This document shows positions 1-14,400 of a stretch of DNA of 64,000 bases, piece after piece. The DNA comes from Lingula anatina. Its lineage: Eukaryota > Animalia > Brachiopoda. The stretch spans positions 38,852,788 through 38,916,787 of the forward strand of contig CM120640.1 in assembly GCA_051362555.1 (NCBI GenBank), written 5' to 3'. Position numbers and translations under genes: made by a program. Under the pieces are notes generated by a model that saw nothing but the letters and a program-made list of their open reading frames with translations, made no database searches and was not told the origin of the DNA. The number at the start of each line of letters is the position of its first letter. Position 1 is the stretch's first letter.

Positions 1-3000
1 GCGCAATTTCTTCTGGTGTCCAGGCAGCAAAAAGAAGCCCAAAGAGTCTTGCTGTAGCCAGTCGCACCCAGGTATGGGGGTGGAGGAGGTGACTTTGTAT
101 GCTCACTGAAAAGAAAGAAAAGGTGTACACAAACTATAATTTTTACTCTCAGTATCTAATAATTAAATAAATAAACATGGGTCTATATCCATAACCTTAT
201 ATTCATCATCTTAAAAATCTTTATCACACACACACACACACACCTCAACCTCTACCAATAAAATCCAATAACTGCATCATCAACCTCAATAAAAAAATTG
301 AAATTGAATAAAAATGCATGAATATACTTACAGCCTTAAAATGACAAAGTGAGCAACTGATGCAGATTATCTTTTTTTTTTGTCTCAACACATTGAGGAT
401 TTATCATTTCTATGGATGCAAATGGTATAAATAGTTAATAACAATATTTATACAATAACAATGTGAATGACAATGATAGAATGACATAAAGCAGTTCATG
501 AAAAAAGGCACTTTACCCCACATTGCATTCATGTCCTCTGTCCATCTAGGATTCCTAATAATATTTATCTCTTTGAGAAGCTTGCCCAATGCAGTCAGAC
601 TGTTAAATAAAAGGTGGTCCAATTCCTTCAAACTCTGAGGCTCGTTCTAGAATGGCAATTTATTATTCTAATTCAGTAAATTGGTAAATTTTTTCACAGC
701 ATATTAATATAACAATCAAATTAATTTGAAGCAATTGTTGGCATTATTCCAATGTAAATCACATACGTTGGTTTTTAAAAAAGCTCTCTTTTCCATTAAC
801 ATTTATAAAATTAAGAACAAGGCATTTTTAGCTTTTTAAAATGCTTATTTCTAAAGTGTACTTGTCATGGTACTTAGAATTAACATTTTGGAAAAACCAA
901 ACAGAAAGAACACATATAAAGCAGACCAACCCCCTGATATCTGCCAGGTTCTATTTGCTGAAGAATCAAGGGGAGCACCGTGGGCATGTGACGCTCAAAT
1001 TTGGCAGATTCCACCTCAGTAAACAATCCACAAAGTTGTGCTGCCAGTCGCCTGTGGGACACCTGGTGAGTAAATTGAAATTATCTTTGAAACTTTCAAG
1101 CAGTGGAGCTCTGTGTCAGAGGAGACATAAGTTGACAGTTGGTCTTAAATTCCATACTGAATGCAAGTCCAGTCTAATCCAGGACAAATCTACAGAAATC
1201 ATTTAAATATAGCATCTGTCTGTTAAAAAATAGTCATTTTTCACTTCCTGTAAAATAAGCCCAATATTCTCATATAGGTGGGTCTAGAATCCATTTTGGT
1301 TCAAAGAAGATGAAAAAGGGTTTCAGCAACATACTCTTATTATATTTTCCATAGCCATTAAAATCAAATCCCTATAAAGAAGTCAGTTGAAAGTTATAAT
1401 GTGCTCAAGTAAGACATTTGAACAGGAAAAAAACTGAGAATGACATCACTTTTCTCATTATCACAAAGATATATCCTATCCATAGGTTGATATTTGATCA
1501 TCTATCAACATAAACCACTTGCCGTCAACTCGTTGGAGTTTTAAATTTTCACAGTTACTTGCAAATTTCCTGAGTCCCTATCCTTATGATGAGGAAATAA
1601 AAATATATAACTCATCACGATGTTAAAAGTGGTCAAATTTAATCTGGTCCTCTAAACTGTGATTAAACTCAATCATCTTCAGAAATACTCAAAAACATTT
1701 TTCTCAATCTTACTACTTACTGCGTAATAACAATAACATAAATCTTATATGACTAATTCACTAATTCCAGGAAGAGTAATTAATTCTGATAAGCTTTGGC
1801 TGTTGTTCTTGTGTTTACATACATACATTTTTGGAGTGTCGGCTCAAATAATCACCTAAATAGACACTATGAAATGGCCACAGATTAATGCAGTACATGG
1901 GCACTGAATACCATGAAAAACTTGAAAATTTAGTCACTTAAATATAAATTAATATTTAAATATTAAAAATATAAAAATTATGTTTTTATGCATAATTAGG
2001 ACTTGGACTAACAAACAAATTAAGGGCTGATGTAATGGGCAATGGAAGATTATGAATCCGTCTTGGCCAAGACAGACTAAAATAGAAGAAATGTACAACA
2101 GCAAAAGTGCTTGCCTTGCTCTGCTTGGTGTTGATGTATGCCTCAAAATAGAAATCATAAAAGGTCCATAAGAAAGCCAAATAACTTGAATCGCCTTTGA
2201 ACAAAAACCCATACAAATGTATCAGATAGGAGTACAGGTACTTCATTCAGGTATCCAAGGATACGGTAATGTGCCATGAATTTTGAAAGGCTCCTAAATT
2301 TTGAACAATTTTAAGTTTGGCCGTCCTGAGTTTTTTAAGGACCATGAATTTCGACCAGTAAGCAATTTTGCATGATCTTGATTTTCGTTAATTTTGTACA
2401 GCTTATTATCATTATTATTAATATGATTTTGTTAATTCAGTAACTGGCGCCAACACTATCATACATGTGTGTCGCAGACCAGATTGAAATCCAAGCCATT
2501 TTTAAAACGACCTAAGATAAATTAAAATTTCAATTCTGTATAGGTCAAATAAAAATATGACTAGGTAAGATCAAAATCTGACTTGGCAAAACTGAATATT
2601 CAATATAACAGATATTTTATAATCTCCTGTGTTAATTTGAAGGGTGTTAGTCTACGAGTTGTGTATGGTACTCAACCTTACTTTCTGCCAGAAAAGATAA
2701 AATTAATTAATTGAACATCTGGCTTAGGTTGGTTATCATGCATGGCCTTCACTTCCATCCAAACTATCCAAACTATCTAACAACAAATGGGCCTACGAGT
2801 TTTTAACTTTTGCTTAAAAAACTGCCAAATTCTTCCCACAAATGGATCACTAATTGGGTCAATCTGCCTGGATTTTCATCTAGACTGCAATGCATATTCA
2901 TTGTTGTACCAATGAGATTTCACTGTAAAATAAACTTAACTGAACTATTCACCTTTCAGTAGGTGATTAGTTTGTCAAAACCTGTGATGCTGATGGCTTA

Positions 3001-5192
3001 TTGGCCTGTCAACAGGTGTTGCGGTTATGAGAAGTTTTTCCTGTGAAATGAACTGAATTATTCACCTGTCAACAGGTTATCAGTTTATCAAAACCTGTGA
3101 CACTGATGACTACACCTAACTTAACATCACGTTTTGCTTTTTAGGGATCAGCAAACAGTATCCTCTCTAAAAACTGACCCCAAGATTTATTTGTAACTTG
3201 ATATATATTCACAAAAACCATGCCATAATATTTGATTTCCAGCCAGGTGGGTTACCGGAGTGGTCACTTAGAATCAATTATACCTAAAAAAGAAGAGTTC
3301 CAGGTAGAGTCCTACATGACTTCTAGGCAGAGAGAGATGATAACTTAACCAATGAAAGTTAAGGAAAACTGTAAATTCATTTAAGGCATCAAGGTACAAG
3401 TATGACGCTTCTAATAAATTATTTTTGGTTTAGGTAACAAAGCTGTGGTGTTGCATTACTTTTCTCTTCTGGGAAAACTCACAACGTCGGAAATTGTGAG
3501 CTGAGCTTAGATCTTCTCAAGTTGGATTAGAGCCCTTAGAATAACTTGATTACTTGAATTAATCCAGCTTAAGATCTCAGTAGAAATTTGTGCTAGCTGA
3601 CTAACAGGAAAACTGAATAATGTGGGCAATCAGCTTAATTTGAAATACACACATACATGATGTGATATCAAGCTGTCTGGGTTCTTGCTGACTGAAGTGT
3701 TGATTAGAGGTGTCTAGGTGCTAAGACAGCAGTATTTCATAATACTACACAAATCAACATGAGCAATGTTTTCATAATTTGATCATGCTCAGTATGATGA
3801 ATACTGAGTTAAACAATGTTCAGCCATACTGGGCAATTAATTTGATTGGTTAATGAATCTAAAAAAACATAAAACAACTTTAGAAAAAGTACCACAATTA
3901 TAAAAAAAGAACTCACTAAAAACAATTTTTTTCACCTGCATTTAATGGGGCATACCAGCTATCAGTGCTACTAAACTCTGGCTTAATCTTGCTCGCGATT
4001 TTACACCATACTTTAACATGGATTGTAAACACGGGTAAACTAATTAAACACAAATAATTCAAATGTGGCTCCATGACAAGGAGAACAAAATATGAATTGA
4101 TTGAAAAGATGGCAGAGTTGACCAGGAGTGAATAGGCTACAATTCCATGAGATGACATGTGTAAATGTTGATTAATTCAGTCATCGAACACTTCAAAGAT
4201 TTATTTATTACACAAAAGAATGTATGTAAGGCAGTAAATAAGGAGTTTTGGGAGAAGGGTGACAATATCTTCAGAAATAATAAGAGTCGATATAGAGAAT
4301 GCCTTATGGCCTTAGTGCTTTTTTTTCTTTCCTTGCCTGGCATGAGCAATTATTTTTCATTTATTTAATGACATTGATTTCATTATAAATGAACAGGTTG
4401 ACAGTCTTTGTAAATTCAGAAAAATATAGGAATCAACATGAGCAATGTTTTTTTTTTTTTTGGACATTTCTTTATCTTTTAGAAAGTGTAATTTTAAGAG
4501 TTGGAAACTTACCAAACAAAAACTTACCAAACCAAGTAAAATGTTATCTTCACAGCTGTCAGCTGAGAAAAACACCAAAGAAAACGTGGGTGTTTCACAC
4601 CTATCACCACCTTTAAGTAGACTGGGTTCCCTCAGATTTAGATCGATCCATCTGGATCGACCTAACTCCCTGGGGGTTCACGCTAAATTGCTGTCAGCTT
4701 CCGGAAGCCTAGCACGCACAAAAGTTAATTACCCCCTTACAGCTTTTAGTTGGCGGGACAGACATTTAAGCTGGTTAAGCTGACAGCTATCAAGTGAGAC
4801 TCCCCAGGGGGATAGATTGATCCAAATATCTGTGAGAACGGTCTCTTAGACAGGAGTTCCTAAGGCATTTTGTGTTTGTGCAGCTGCCATTGATGGCAAC
4901 CTCCATTTCAGACATAGCCCTGAATACTTGGAAAACTGATGCTCACCGTGTCCATTTTCACATTCAAGTACGCACCAATACTGAAGCATGTTTATCATGA
5001 AAATTGCCAGTAGTCTCAAAGGGTTTAATTCACAAAATGGATGCTTTAGTTTAGTGAGATCTGGTGCCAAGCTGGCTGGTATACACCATTCAATAAGCAT
5101 GCATTTTCCTTGACATTTATTTTTTACTTGCCAAGAGTAATTTGGTATGTGTAGTAATGGCTCAACAGGAGGTAACAAGTCTCCTGTGTTTC

Positions 5193-5230
<38 letters not shown>

Positions 5231-8200
5231 ATTTTTAATAGTCTTCTTAAATAATTGTCAGCAAATGTAAGAAGAAGATCAGCAGACTTATGTACATTGT
5301 AGTTTCTCTAACTGTAGTAATTTATCAGGTGATATCAAGCCTAGTAAATGACATCTTCTTGGGTAAAAAATGATTTCTTGGGAAAATATACAGTAATTTT
5401 GCAACATATTTCATACTCTACCATAAACTAATTTCTGTATTTTTCAAGGAGGCAGTCAAAATATCTTTAGGTAAGCTGTAAGCTAAACAAACAATCTAAG
5501 AATATTCACCTTGATAGCCCTATTCTCTGATGAAGATGATCTGATAGACATTGAAATATTGGAGGTAATATCAGCTGTCAATATTAGCTGTAGATCGAGG
5601 AAATTCTTCCTTTATTAAAGGCCGGTTTTAGAATATGCTGCCCCTGTCTGGGTCTTTGGTTTAACAAATGAATTGACTGCCCTGGTAGAAAAGTCTCAAG
5701 AAAGAGCTCTTAAGATAATTTATCCTGATCTTGAATATAATGCTGCTTGTGAACATAGTAAACTTGAATTACTGAGTGAAAGATGGCTCACTGCATGCAA
5801 AAAAATTGTTAATTAGTATATCAAAGAACCAGATCATAGACTGCATTATCTTTTACAACCAAAACAAAATGTCAAATATTCATTAAGGGAACAGGAGACA
5901 TTCTGGCAAAAGCAAAGTGTATACTCAACCTAACCACAAATGTAAGTGCAATATGTTAAAGGCACCAATACATTCAACTATCTTTTTTCTGGTGACTTCA
6001 TTGTCTAAGTGACATATACATGTACAAATATTAAAAAATGTAACAAAATTAAATTCATATTTGCCTTAAATTCTGGGTCCCCATTCTTACCTTCTCATCT
6101 TGAAACCACAGCATGGTAATATTTAATAACTCATCTCTCTGGTCACTGTGAAGCTGAAAAATGAAAAAATGTGCATGGAAATTAAGCTAAAACAACAATT
6201 AAAACATAAACATAAACTGCATGACAAATGTCACAATACAATCAATTTTGTGTAGGGGTCCTTTGCAACTCCTATTTCAAACAAGTGTAAACATCAATAG
6301 ATGCTGTCCTCCATCAAAGGTGACATTATTTCACGGACCTAATTTTATACAATGGGAAGGTCTATCAATTTAACCTTTAACCCTCTTTCGAAAACCAAAT
6401 AAATCCAAGAAGCATTTTGGGAAACTAAGTTTAATAAAAAAATATTTTAGTGGAGAATTGAGAGGTGATTATGCCCTAAATCCATGGCATTAGTTAATAC
6501 CTTTGACAGTAAAGACTTGATGGCCAAAGCAGTTAACTTCCTGCACTGTGCAGACTCATCATTGACAAGAGAGGCGGCCATTGGTACAAAAAAGAAGCCT
6601 GCATGTTCAGTAAGGATATTCTGAAACGATAATGCTCATGTAAATGTTTATTCCAAAACAAAGGTCACAAAATCTTACAGTCATGAAAAAATGGCTCCTT
6701 TCTAGAGTTACTCCTAATTGCAATGTGCAACATTTTAATGGATCATTACCAAATAATGAGGTTTCATTAAAAAATTTAATGAGATTTATTGAAATTTAAT
6801 TGAAATTCTATGGAGTTTCTAATATAAATAAGAGGTCATAATCATAATTGTTGACGCACCATTTTCAATTCTCACATAAAGACTACTCTGCATCAATATT
6901 TGATTCTGTGTTAGAAATTGTGATGCGTCACCACTTACTTTTGACTTCCTGTTGGAAGGTTTTGTGCTCATGTGGTATTTTTTTTAACTTTTGGTCTATT
7001 TTTGACCTTATCAGCCATAATATTCAATGAGTTTTGTGCCATTTTCTGGCAACACGTGCTGTTCTCGCTCGACAAAAAGAAGTGCGCATATACTCTCGCA
7101 TAAAACGAGACTCTCGTATTAATAATGTAATCTTCTCAATTTTGAAAATTTCCAACAAATGTCAGTAGAAATGATCCATTACACAAGTTAGTGGTTTAAC
7201 TTTGTAAAATAACTAATAATAACAGTTCTTTGTCATGTGAGGTAAATATAGTATTTGTAACAATCTAACCAACCTGTGGAAAACTGGAAAATATGGTTGC
7301 CAACATTTCTAAGGCAGATTCACGTCCAGATTCTAGCTCAAACTGCAAATTTGTCACATAGAATTCTAGGTGCTTTTTCAGTTGTTTACCCAAAGGATAA
7401 TCCAACATAAACTGAAGAACAACCTACAATTTATAGATGATTGAATATATAAATATATTACATACACAAATGCAATATAAAATAATAATAAATTAGAAAA
7501 TGTAATCTTCACTGACTACAAAAACTCATTTAGTTCTTGTGGAATTTCCAAATGAAGAATACAATTTTGGAATTTTATTGAATTAATTTATTGATCAAAT
7601 GCAGTTGCAATTTATTAGTAGTGACCAGTTCTATGCAAAAGTAGGGTGACCTAGGATTTACCATGGTTTAAATTAACTGCAAATTGATACAGTGGCTTCA
7701 GTAAAATATTATGTAAGGAACTGTGTAGGCGAGTGTTAAGGAGGAAGTTTGTAGGTTAGAAAGGAAGCACTTAAAGGTACTGTTTGGGATTTAACTGTCA
7801 AAATGAATTTTTCTGTAGGGGAAAATAAAAAACAAAATTTCTTACTCCCAGATCAGTGCTCGACCCTTTTATTACATTTTAAAAATTTCAATAAGTTAGT
7901 TCAAAATGGTTGGCCAGTCATTAAGTATGACATTGTGTACATTTCAGCAAGAACTTATGACACCAGGAGCTTTTGGGAATGGGAAAATATTATGTGGCTT
8001 TGCAGGATATGCAGACATATAGAAAATATAATAATAGCGCCGGGAAATGTTCAAACCTGTAAGCATACCTTGAAATTTGTGGGTAGGGATGAGGTCGAAG
8101 TAATTGCAATGGTGGTTTTTAAGGTCGAAACATAAAAAGATGACAACTGTGAAATGCAGGTGTCCACCATATGTTGTCCTAGATTTGTCAAGCAGAGTAT

Positions 8201-11200
8201 TTGATTCAGTAATGCTGTTGCAGCACATCAAATTAAAAAGGTTTCAAGCCAAAAACCTTAAAATGTAATGTAAAAAATGCAATTTAATATTCTATGTTAC
8301 GGCAAAGGTTGACCATTCCAATATGCATACAGGTACAGATAGAGCAATATAGCAAACAAAGTATAGTAAATAAATCACTAGTGGGTGCTAATGTTGTAAC
8401 AGTCAAAGCACTCTTCGCGAAAGCAACAGTTATTTGATATAGTCATTGGGCTTTGAGCATACATACAACAAAGCATAGTAGGATGAGCTACACACTTAGG
8501 GTGTATTCCCAGAGATTTAGATCGATTCAGAGATTAAGATTTAGATCGACCTAACTCCCTGGGGGTTCACGCTAAATTGCAGTCAGCCGAACGCGCACCA
8601 TAGTTAATTACCCCCTTACAGCTTTCAGTAGGCGGGACAGATGCTTTAAGCCGGCTAAGCTGACAGTAATCAAGTGAGACTCCCCACAGGGATAGATCGA
8701 TCTAAAATCTATGGAAATGGGGTCTTAGTTGCTATCATAAGAAATTACTTGTGTAAAATCTGTGCAAATCACAAAAAAAAAAAAAATGCAAATGTGAGTC
8801 GGACTCTTAAATATATTTCTCTAACATGGAGGTCAGTGCTCACCTGGATTACCAAGGTTCCATTATTTTTTTAAAATACCAAACCTTCGGAACATAGAAC
8901 TGACCCCAATTTATCTACTTCATCTGGTACAAAATGTGACTCATCTTTACCCTAAGCCACATGGCAGTATAATCAAGGCAGTTATATCATGTTTCAGATC
9001 TAGGCTAAACTTGAAACTTAATTAAGGCTATTTTGTGATGACGTCTTTGACATATAAGTACACCTTAATTGTGGTCACTACCCTCCCTCAGTACACTCAC
9101 ACACCCTAATGAGATTATTAAGGTGGTCTCTTAACAATATATGTAGAAAGAGAGAGAGCTAACTTCAACAAAACAAAGTACTCAAGTATTCATGTATTCT
9201 AGGAAATAATGATCTGCTGAAATAAGATAACATTTTTTTATAGAAGAGACTCTTTCATTACATTTTATGAGCTAAACTTCAGTTAAAATCTATAATAATA
9301 ATAATAAATAGATAATTTTAAAAAGCTGAAAATTCCACAAAAGAACCACACACATCTCAACCATCATGTCACTTTATATGTATACATGCTGGTCAAATAC
9401 TTTATCAACTCTCCAACATGATAATATGAAAGTACTGTTTAGAATTTATAACAGGCATGATGTGAATATCATCATATCCCCATTAATATTTTTCTGCTGA
9501 GCAGCATATGACAATAATTTTCACAGACTTCAGAACCAAATCTTATATTTTACAGAACTGTAGACTTATCATCGCAACATTATAAAAGGCAATTTCTTAA
9601 TTAAAATAAGAATACAGTGAAATCTAATTGGTTACTTCATTCAGCTTATTCATATTGCATTTGGAGGGGAAAAAAAGAAAAAAAATTGGTCACACATAAC
9701 AAATTTTAATCTTTTAGTAATTTAATATATTATAATTCAAATATTGTGGGGTATATGCAATGCACAAAAATATTATAAACAAAGCATGGTAAAAATGAAC
9801 TTTTTGTTTGGCAATCCTGCAGGGCAACTTGAAGAATGACACAAATATAAAAAATATTCAAGCATTTTTCAATCAAATGTATATTAGTGAGCATGCAAAT
9901 TATCATGCATCTGATGATAAAGAAATTTAAAAGAAATCAACAAAAGGAAAAATTACCTGTCTGCTCTGAAGTCGGACATTGGGAGCATCTGCAGTTATGG
10001 ATAACTGCGCTACTTTTCCTATAATTTCATGAATTTCAGGTACAAGTAGCTTCCTTGATAAGATGGCCTGCAAAACAATCAGCTTTTAAAACCTTTCTAA
10101 ATTGTTTTTTGTCAAAAAGAATATCACTGCATTATATCTGAACAAAGCATTCTGATCATCTGCCATTTAACACTTATCACATATGTAATTCACATTAAAT
10201 ACTACATGGTATTATGTAATTTCATAGTCATCTGTACCTAATAACATGCTTCTTTAAATATTGCAAATGAGTACTGCCAGCAAGTGAAACAATAATAAAA
10301 CATGCATAACTGCCTTTGCACCTTAAGGCATTGATAAACAGCTAGGATATAACTATGAAAAATTCCAAAAATTCACATATTTATGTTACTTACTTTGAGA
10401 AGCCCAAAAGCTGTTGCCTGTCTGTTGAAATCATGCATGTCTTCCTCTACATAGCCCAGTAAGATCTGAAGCTGATTGGTGTCTACACTGTGAAATTTTA
10501 CATCTCGCACCAAGACAGTTATTGTCTGCAAATATAACAAACAGCTATCAACATTTATTACTCTTTTTAAAGCAAAACATTTCAAATGTAAACATCTGTG
10601 CCAAACTATACTATTCACAATTTGATAAAAATTACTTTAATAATGCATTGTAATTATGTGAATTGTAGTAAGCAATTTAACATCAGCAGCAAACATTTTA
10701 ATGGTGAGACAATTATATCAACAGACGTATCAAGCAGCTTTGTTCAAAATGACCTATTCTACCTAATATATGTGTTCAAAATAAATCATTTGATCAAATT
10801 TAGGGAAACCTCAATGGGATTTGGCTTAAGAAATTGGATTACACCTCCATATAGCATCCCTAGTTAATATTTGTTTTGCTGCCATATAATTAATTCTTTC
10901 TGGATTTTCTCCTTATTACATATGGGCTATAACAAAAACTAAAAACAACTAGGATAAGTCATTATAAAAAGTAGTCTACCATGCTCTATTAATTCAACCC
11001 ATAAATGATTTCTCAGTTATTAGAAAACCAGCACCCAAAACCAAGTCTCTAGATAGCAATTTTAAGGGGGGGTTAGTGTCTTTTTCTGGAAAATGTGCCT
11101 TTTTACTGTGAAACCCTTGTGAATTCGAAGAACACAGATCAAATTTTGATTCAGAGCTGACCTTCCCCGTCCCCCTCCCCAATCCAGCCCCCTGCCTACT

Positions 11201-12533
11201 GGCCAGCCTATGTTGTTTTACCTTAAAGCAGCTAACCACCAATTCAAAGTTCTCCCCCTGAGCTCCCCCTGCTGTGGCATAGTTCTTGAGCAGAACAAAC
11301 AGTTGATTTGTGATTTTGGTAATATGGTCCTTCAGAGAAGGAAGGGGAAACTTCAGCATCCAGCTTAAGCATCGCAAAGATGTGGTTACAATCTGAAATG
11401 TCACAAATTATTATACCTTTTTTAGCAAGTCATGCTAGCCTTGTATAATCAGATACCAATATTCTGCACTAATTTGTGAAATCCATCAGATCATTTTAAG
11501 GCTCAGAATACCATATGAAAAATTGTTTCATACATAAATATACATTTATTTCATATACATTGTTTTATCAAAATTTGTATCTACAGTAACTACCTGTTTG
11601 AAAAGTTACAGACAACAGGAATTTAATATATCGTGTCAACCATACCTTGACATGTTTTGAAGACAGGCAGTTTGACAATATTTCTATGAATGGGTCTAAC
11701 ATCTGTAAGTTCTGGGTGTTGCTAGCCACTACTCTGGATCTCTTCAGTAGCATGTATAACAACTGGAAATGGTATGGAAATGTTTCAAATATAATGTAAC
11801 AGTTTTGACAAAGCTGTCTGGCTTTTAATATACCTTTCATATGTAAAAAAAGTGACAGTATAATTTGTTAACTGTTATAATTTAAAACCAATAACAGACA
11901 AAAAATTATTGATAAGTTTTAAGGTGGGTTATCATATATCCATGCATATTTGTCAATTTTTGATGTATAAGCCACTGTAACATCAATCATCAAATCATAC
12001 CTGTAGCCCAAAGTCAACCAAGATGTGCATGTTTGTCTTTTGGTTACCCGATGGTTTGATACCTCCACGTGGTGGAGCAGATGTGAGCAAAAATGTGCTT
12101 GGAGGATGGAGACGTGGGTCTGGTGGAGGTTTTGACGTATTTGACTTGTCTCTGAAATTACAAATAAACTTAAATCAAACTTATATCATCGAGTTTAAAA
12201 ATGCCCAATGGCCACCTTACTTTGTAAAATCCCTTTAATAACTATACTTTTAGAAATTATACCAATAAAACATTAATAAAAGTGCAAATTTCCCCTTACT
12301 TTTACATTAAGATACAAATGTGTTGTAAAAATAACAAAAAAATCTGCTAAAAAGAAAGGTATTTACTTTTGATCTGGAGTGATTAATGGAAGAGCCTCAT
12401 TGGCAAGACCATGTATAAAGATAAGCAATGTCTCTTCTTTCAGTTCTTTATTCTCAATGAGTCCCAGTGTGACCCTTCTTAAGACTTCTTGGACTTTCTT
12501 GGAAATTTTGTGACTGTGTGTGGAGTCAAGGAC
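1..12533 (-). CDS. UTP20: UTP20 C-terminal-side exon cluster (continues beyond window)
   Basis: Exons 12367-12533, 12001-12151, 11646-11762, 11222-11392, 10394-10525, 9957-10067, 7274-7423, 6501-6620, 6091-6153, 931-1062, 517-646 and <1-105 (VSIQSHLLHPHTWVRLATARLFGLLFAAW). Confidence 0.9.
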
Positions 12534-14366
12534 CTGAAAGAATTGAAGCCACCTCAAGGATCATTTTAAAGATGCAAACAAACTTACAATGTGACAACTG
12601 CATGATGAGTTAAGTCTTGAAAATAAGAAGCTTTGCTCACTATAGACAGTGAATGGGGTTTTTAAAAGAAAACAGGAAGACTATTCTTACTGCCTATGAT
12701 TTTACATGTCCTTTTTACAAAAAAGTCATCCATCAGAAAAAATATAATCATAGTTCCAAGGATTAGGCCTAGTAACCATTAAGTACCAATAGCAGTAGTA
12801 TGGTGTTTTTATATATTAATTGAAAAAAAAAAGGATATATAAATATACACTTTGTAATTTAGATACTGGAAATGGATATCACCAATACTGCGTATGTTTT
12901 ATTCCGGCTTATAAGCAATTAAGGCTAATGGTAATATGAGCTCAATTAGAGAACCGGTAGAGATCAATGCTTTATTAAACAGCTTATCTTGGCATGGCAT
13001 AATTTACACAGTGAGATAATGAGGTAAAGCTTACCCGGAAGGTTGCTTAGTATTGTATTAACACTGTTACTGAGCCTAAGAGACAATTTCCACAGATATT
13101 TGGATCGATCTATCTCCCTGGGGAGTCTCACTAAATTGCTGTCAACTTGACCGGCTTAAATGTCTGTCACGCCTAGTAAAGCTGTTAGGGGGTGATTCGG
13201 TAGGTGTGACAGACAAAAAAGCCTGTTATTTGATAGCAATTTAGTGAGACTCCCCAGGGAGTTAGGTCGATCCAGGTGGACCAATCTAAGTATGGGAACC
13301 CAGTCTTAGAGGATTTCCTGTTTGGCACAATAAGTGCAAGTTTTCACAAAAACAGCAGGTGCTTGGTTTGTGACTTATTATGTTGTTTTTGACTTGATCA
13401 AGTCATAATGCCTTTGCATGAAACTCAGTGAAAAAAGTATGCTTAGAAAATGTCATATTTCCAGCTGAAACATTTTCTCCTGGTACAGATACGATAAGAA
13501 TTGATGTATCAATGCCAAGCAGGAAGATTAAGACCATCATAAACATCATTTAATTCCTACCAATGTCCTCTTTTTATATAGTCACTGTGGAAAGGATACA
13601 ACTCACCAATAAGTAATTAAATGCATAGGCATACCTTACCAAAATAAATGTAGTTTGGAGGATTCTTAAATATGGAGCTTTTTTTTTGCAACACTATCAT
13701 CATGCGCTTGCTCTTAAAGAACCTTGTGTAGTGCCAAGGTTTACAGCTATAAATAAGGTAGCAGTGAGGTGGAGCTACTGAAAACTATAAGAATAATGAA
13801 GTCGAAAAATGAAATGTAAATGGGAGAGTGCATATGTCCTGAAAGCCATAGCCTTTCTTCTGGTTGTTGGTTTAATAAAGGACAAAAGTAGGCCCTTCCA
13901 TCTACTGATGGTGTAGGGTAAAGCCAAGTTGCATAGATCAGTGACCTACTATTGGCAATCATCGCTGCTGCATCCTCACAGATCACTTTCTAATCCCCTA
14001 TACATTACCCACTCAGCAATGGGTGTTGAACTTATGTGGGAATTTAGTATCAGTGCAATTATAGTGTAGTTCCAAATAATCCTGTGCCTGTAGATAAGCA
14101 GCTTAAAGGGGTGTACACGGGGTTGAATTTGTCATGATGTGAGGAGGTCAGGAAATTCCAAGCCATATTTTTTCATGGTGGATAGCAGCTTAAAATCAAA
14201 CCAGACTAGAGGATCAGAGAGGCGATACCGCCTCTGGATATTGTACCACCAGCTGGAGTAAGCGCATTCTCATGGAAACCCCACCCCCCAAAAAATGAAC
14301 ACCACCACCAGTCTTATGCTTGACAAGCTCTATAAAATGCAATAAACAAGAGTTCTCAAAATATGC

Positions 14367-14400
<34 letters not shown>

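Noticed and set aside
149-209. Possible intronic C/D snoRNA (ATGATGA...CTGA on the minus strand) in UTP20
   Set aside because: Very AT-rich, weak terminal stem and no recognisable rRNA antisense element; it would need a snoscan/Infernal search.
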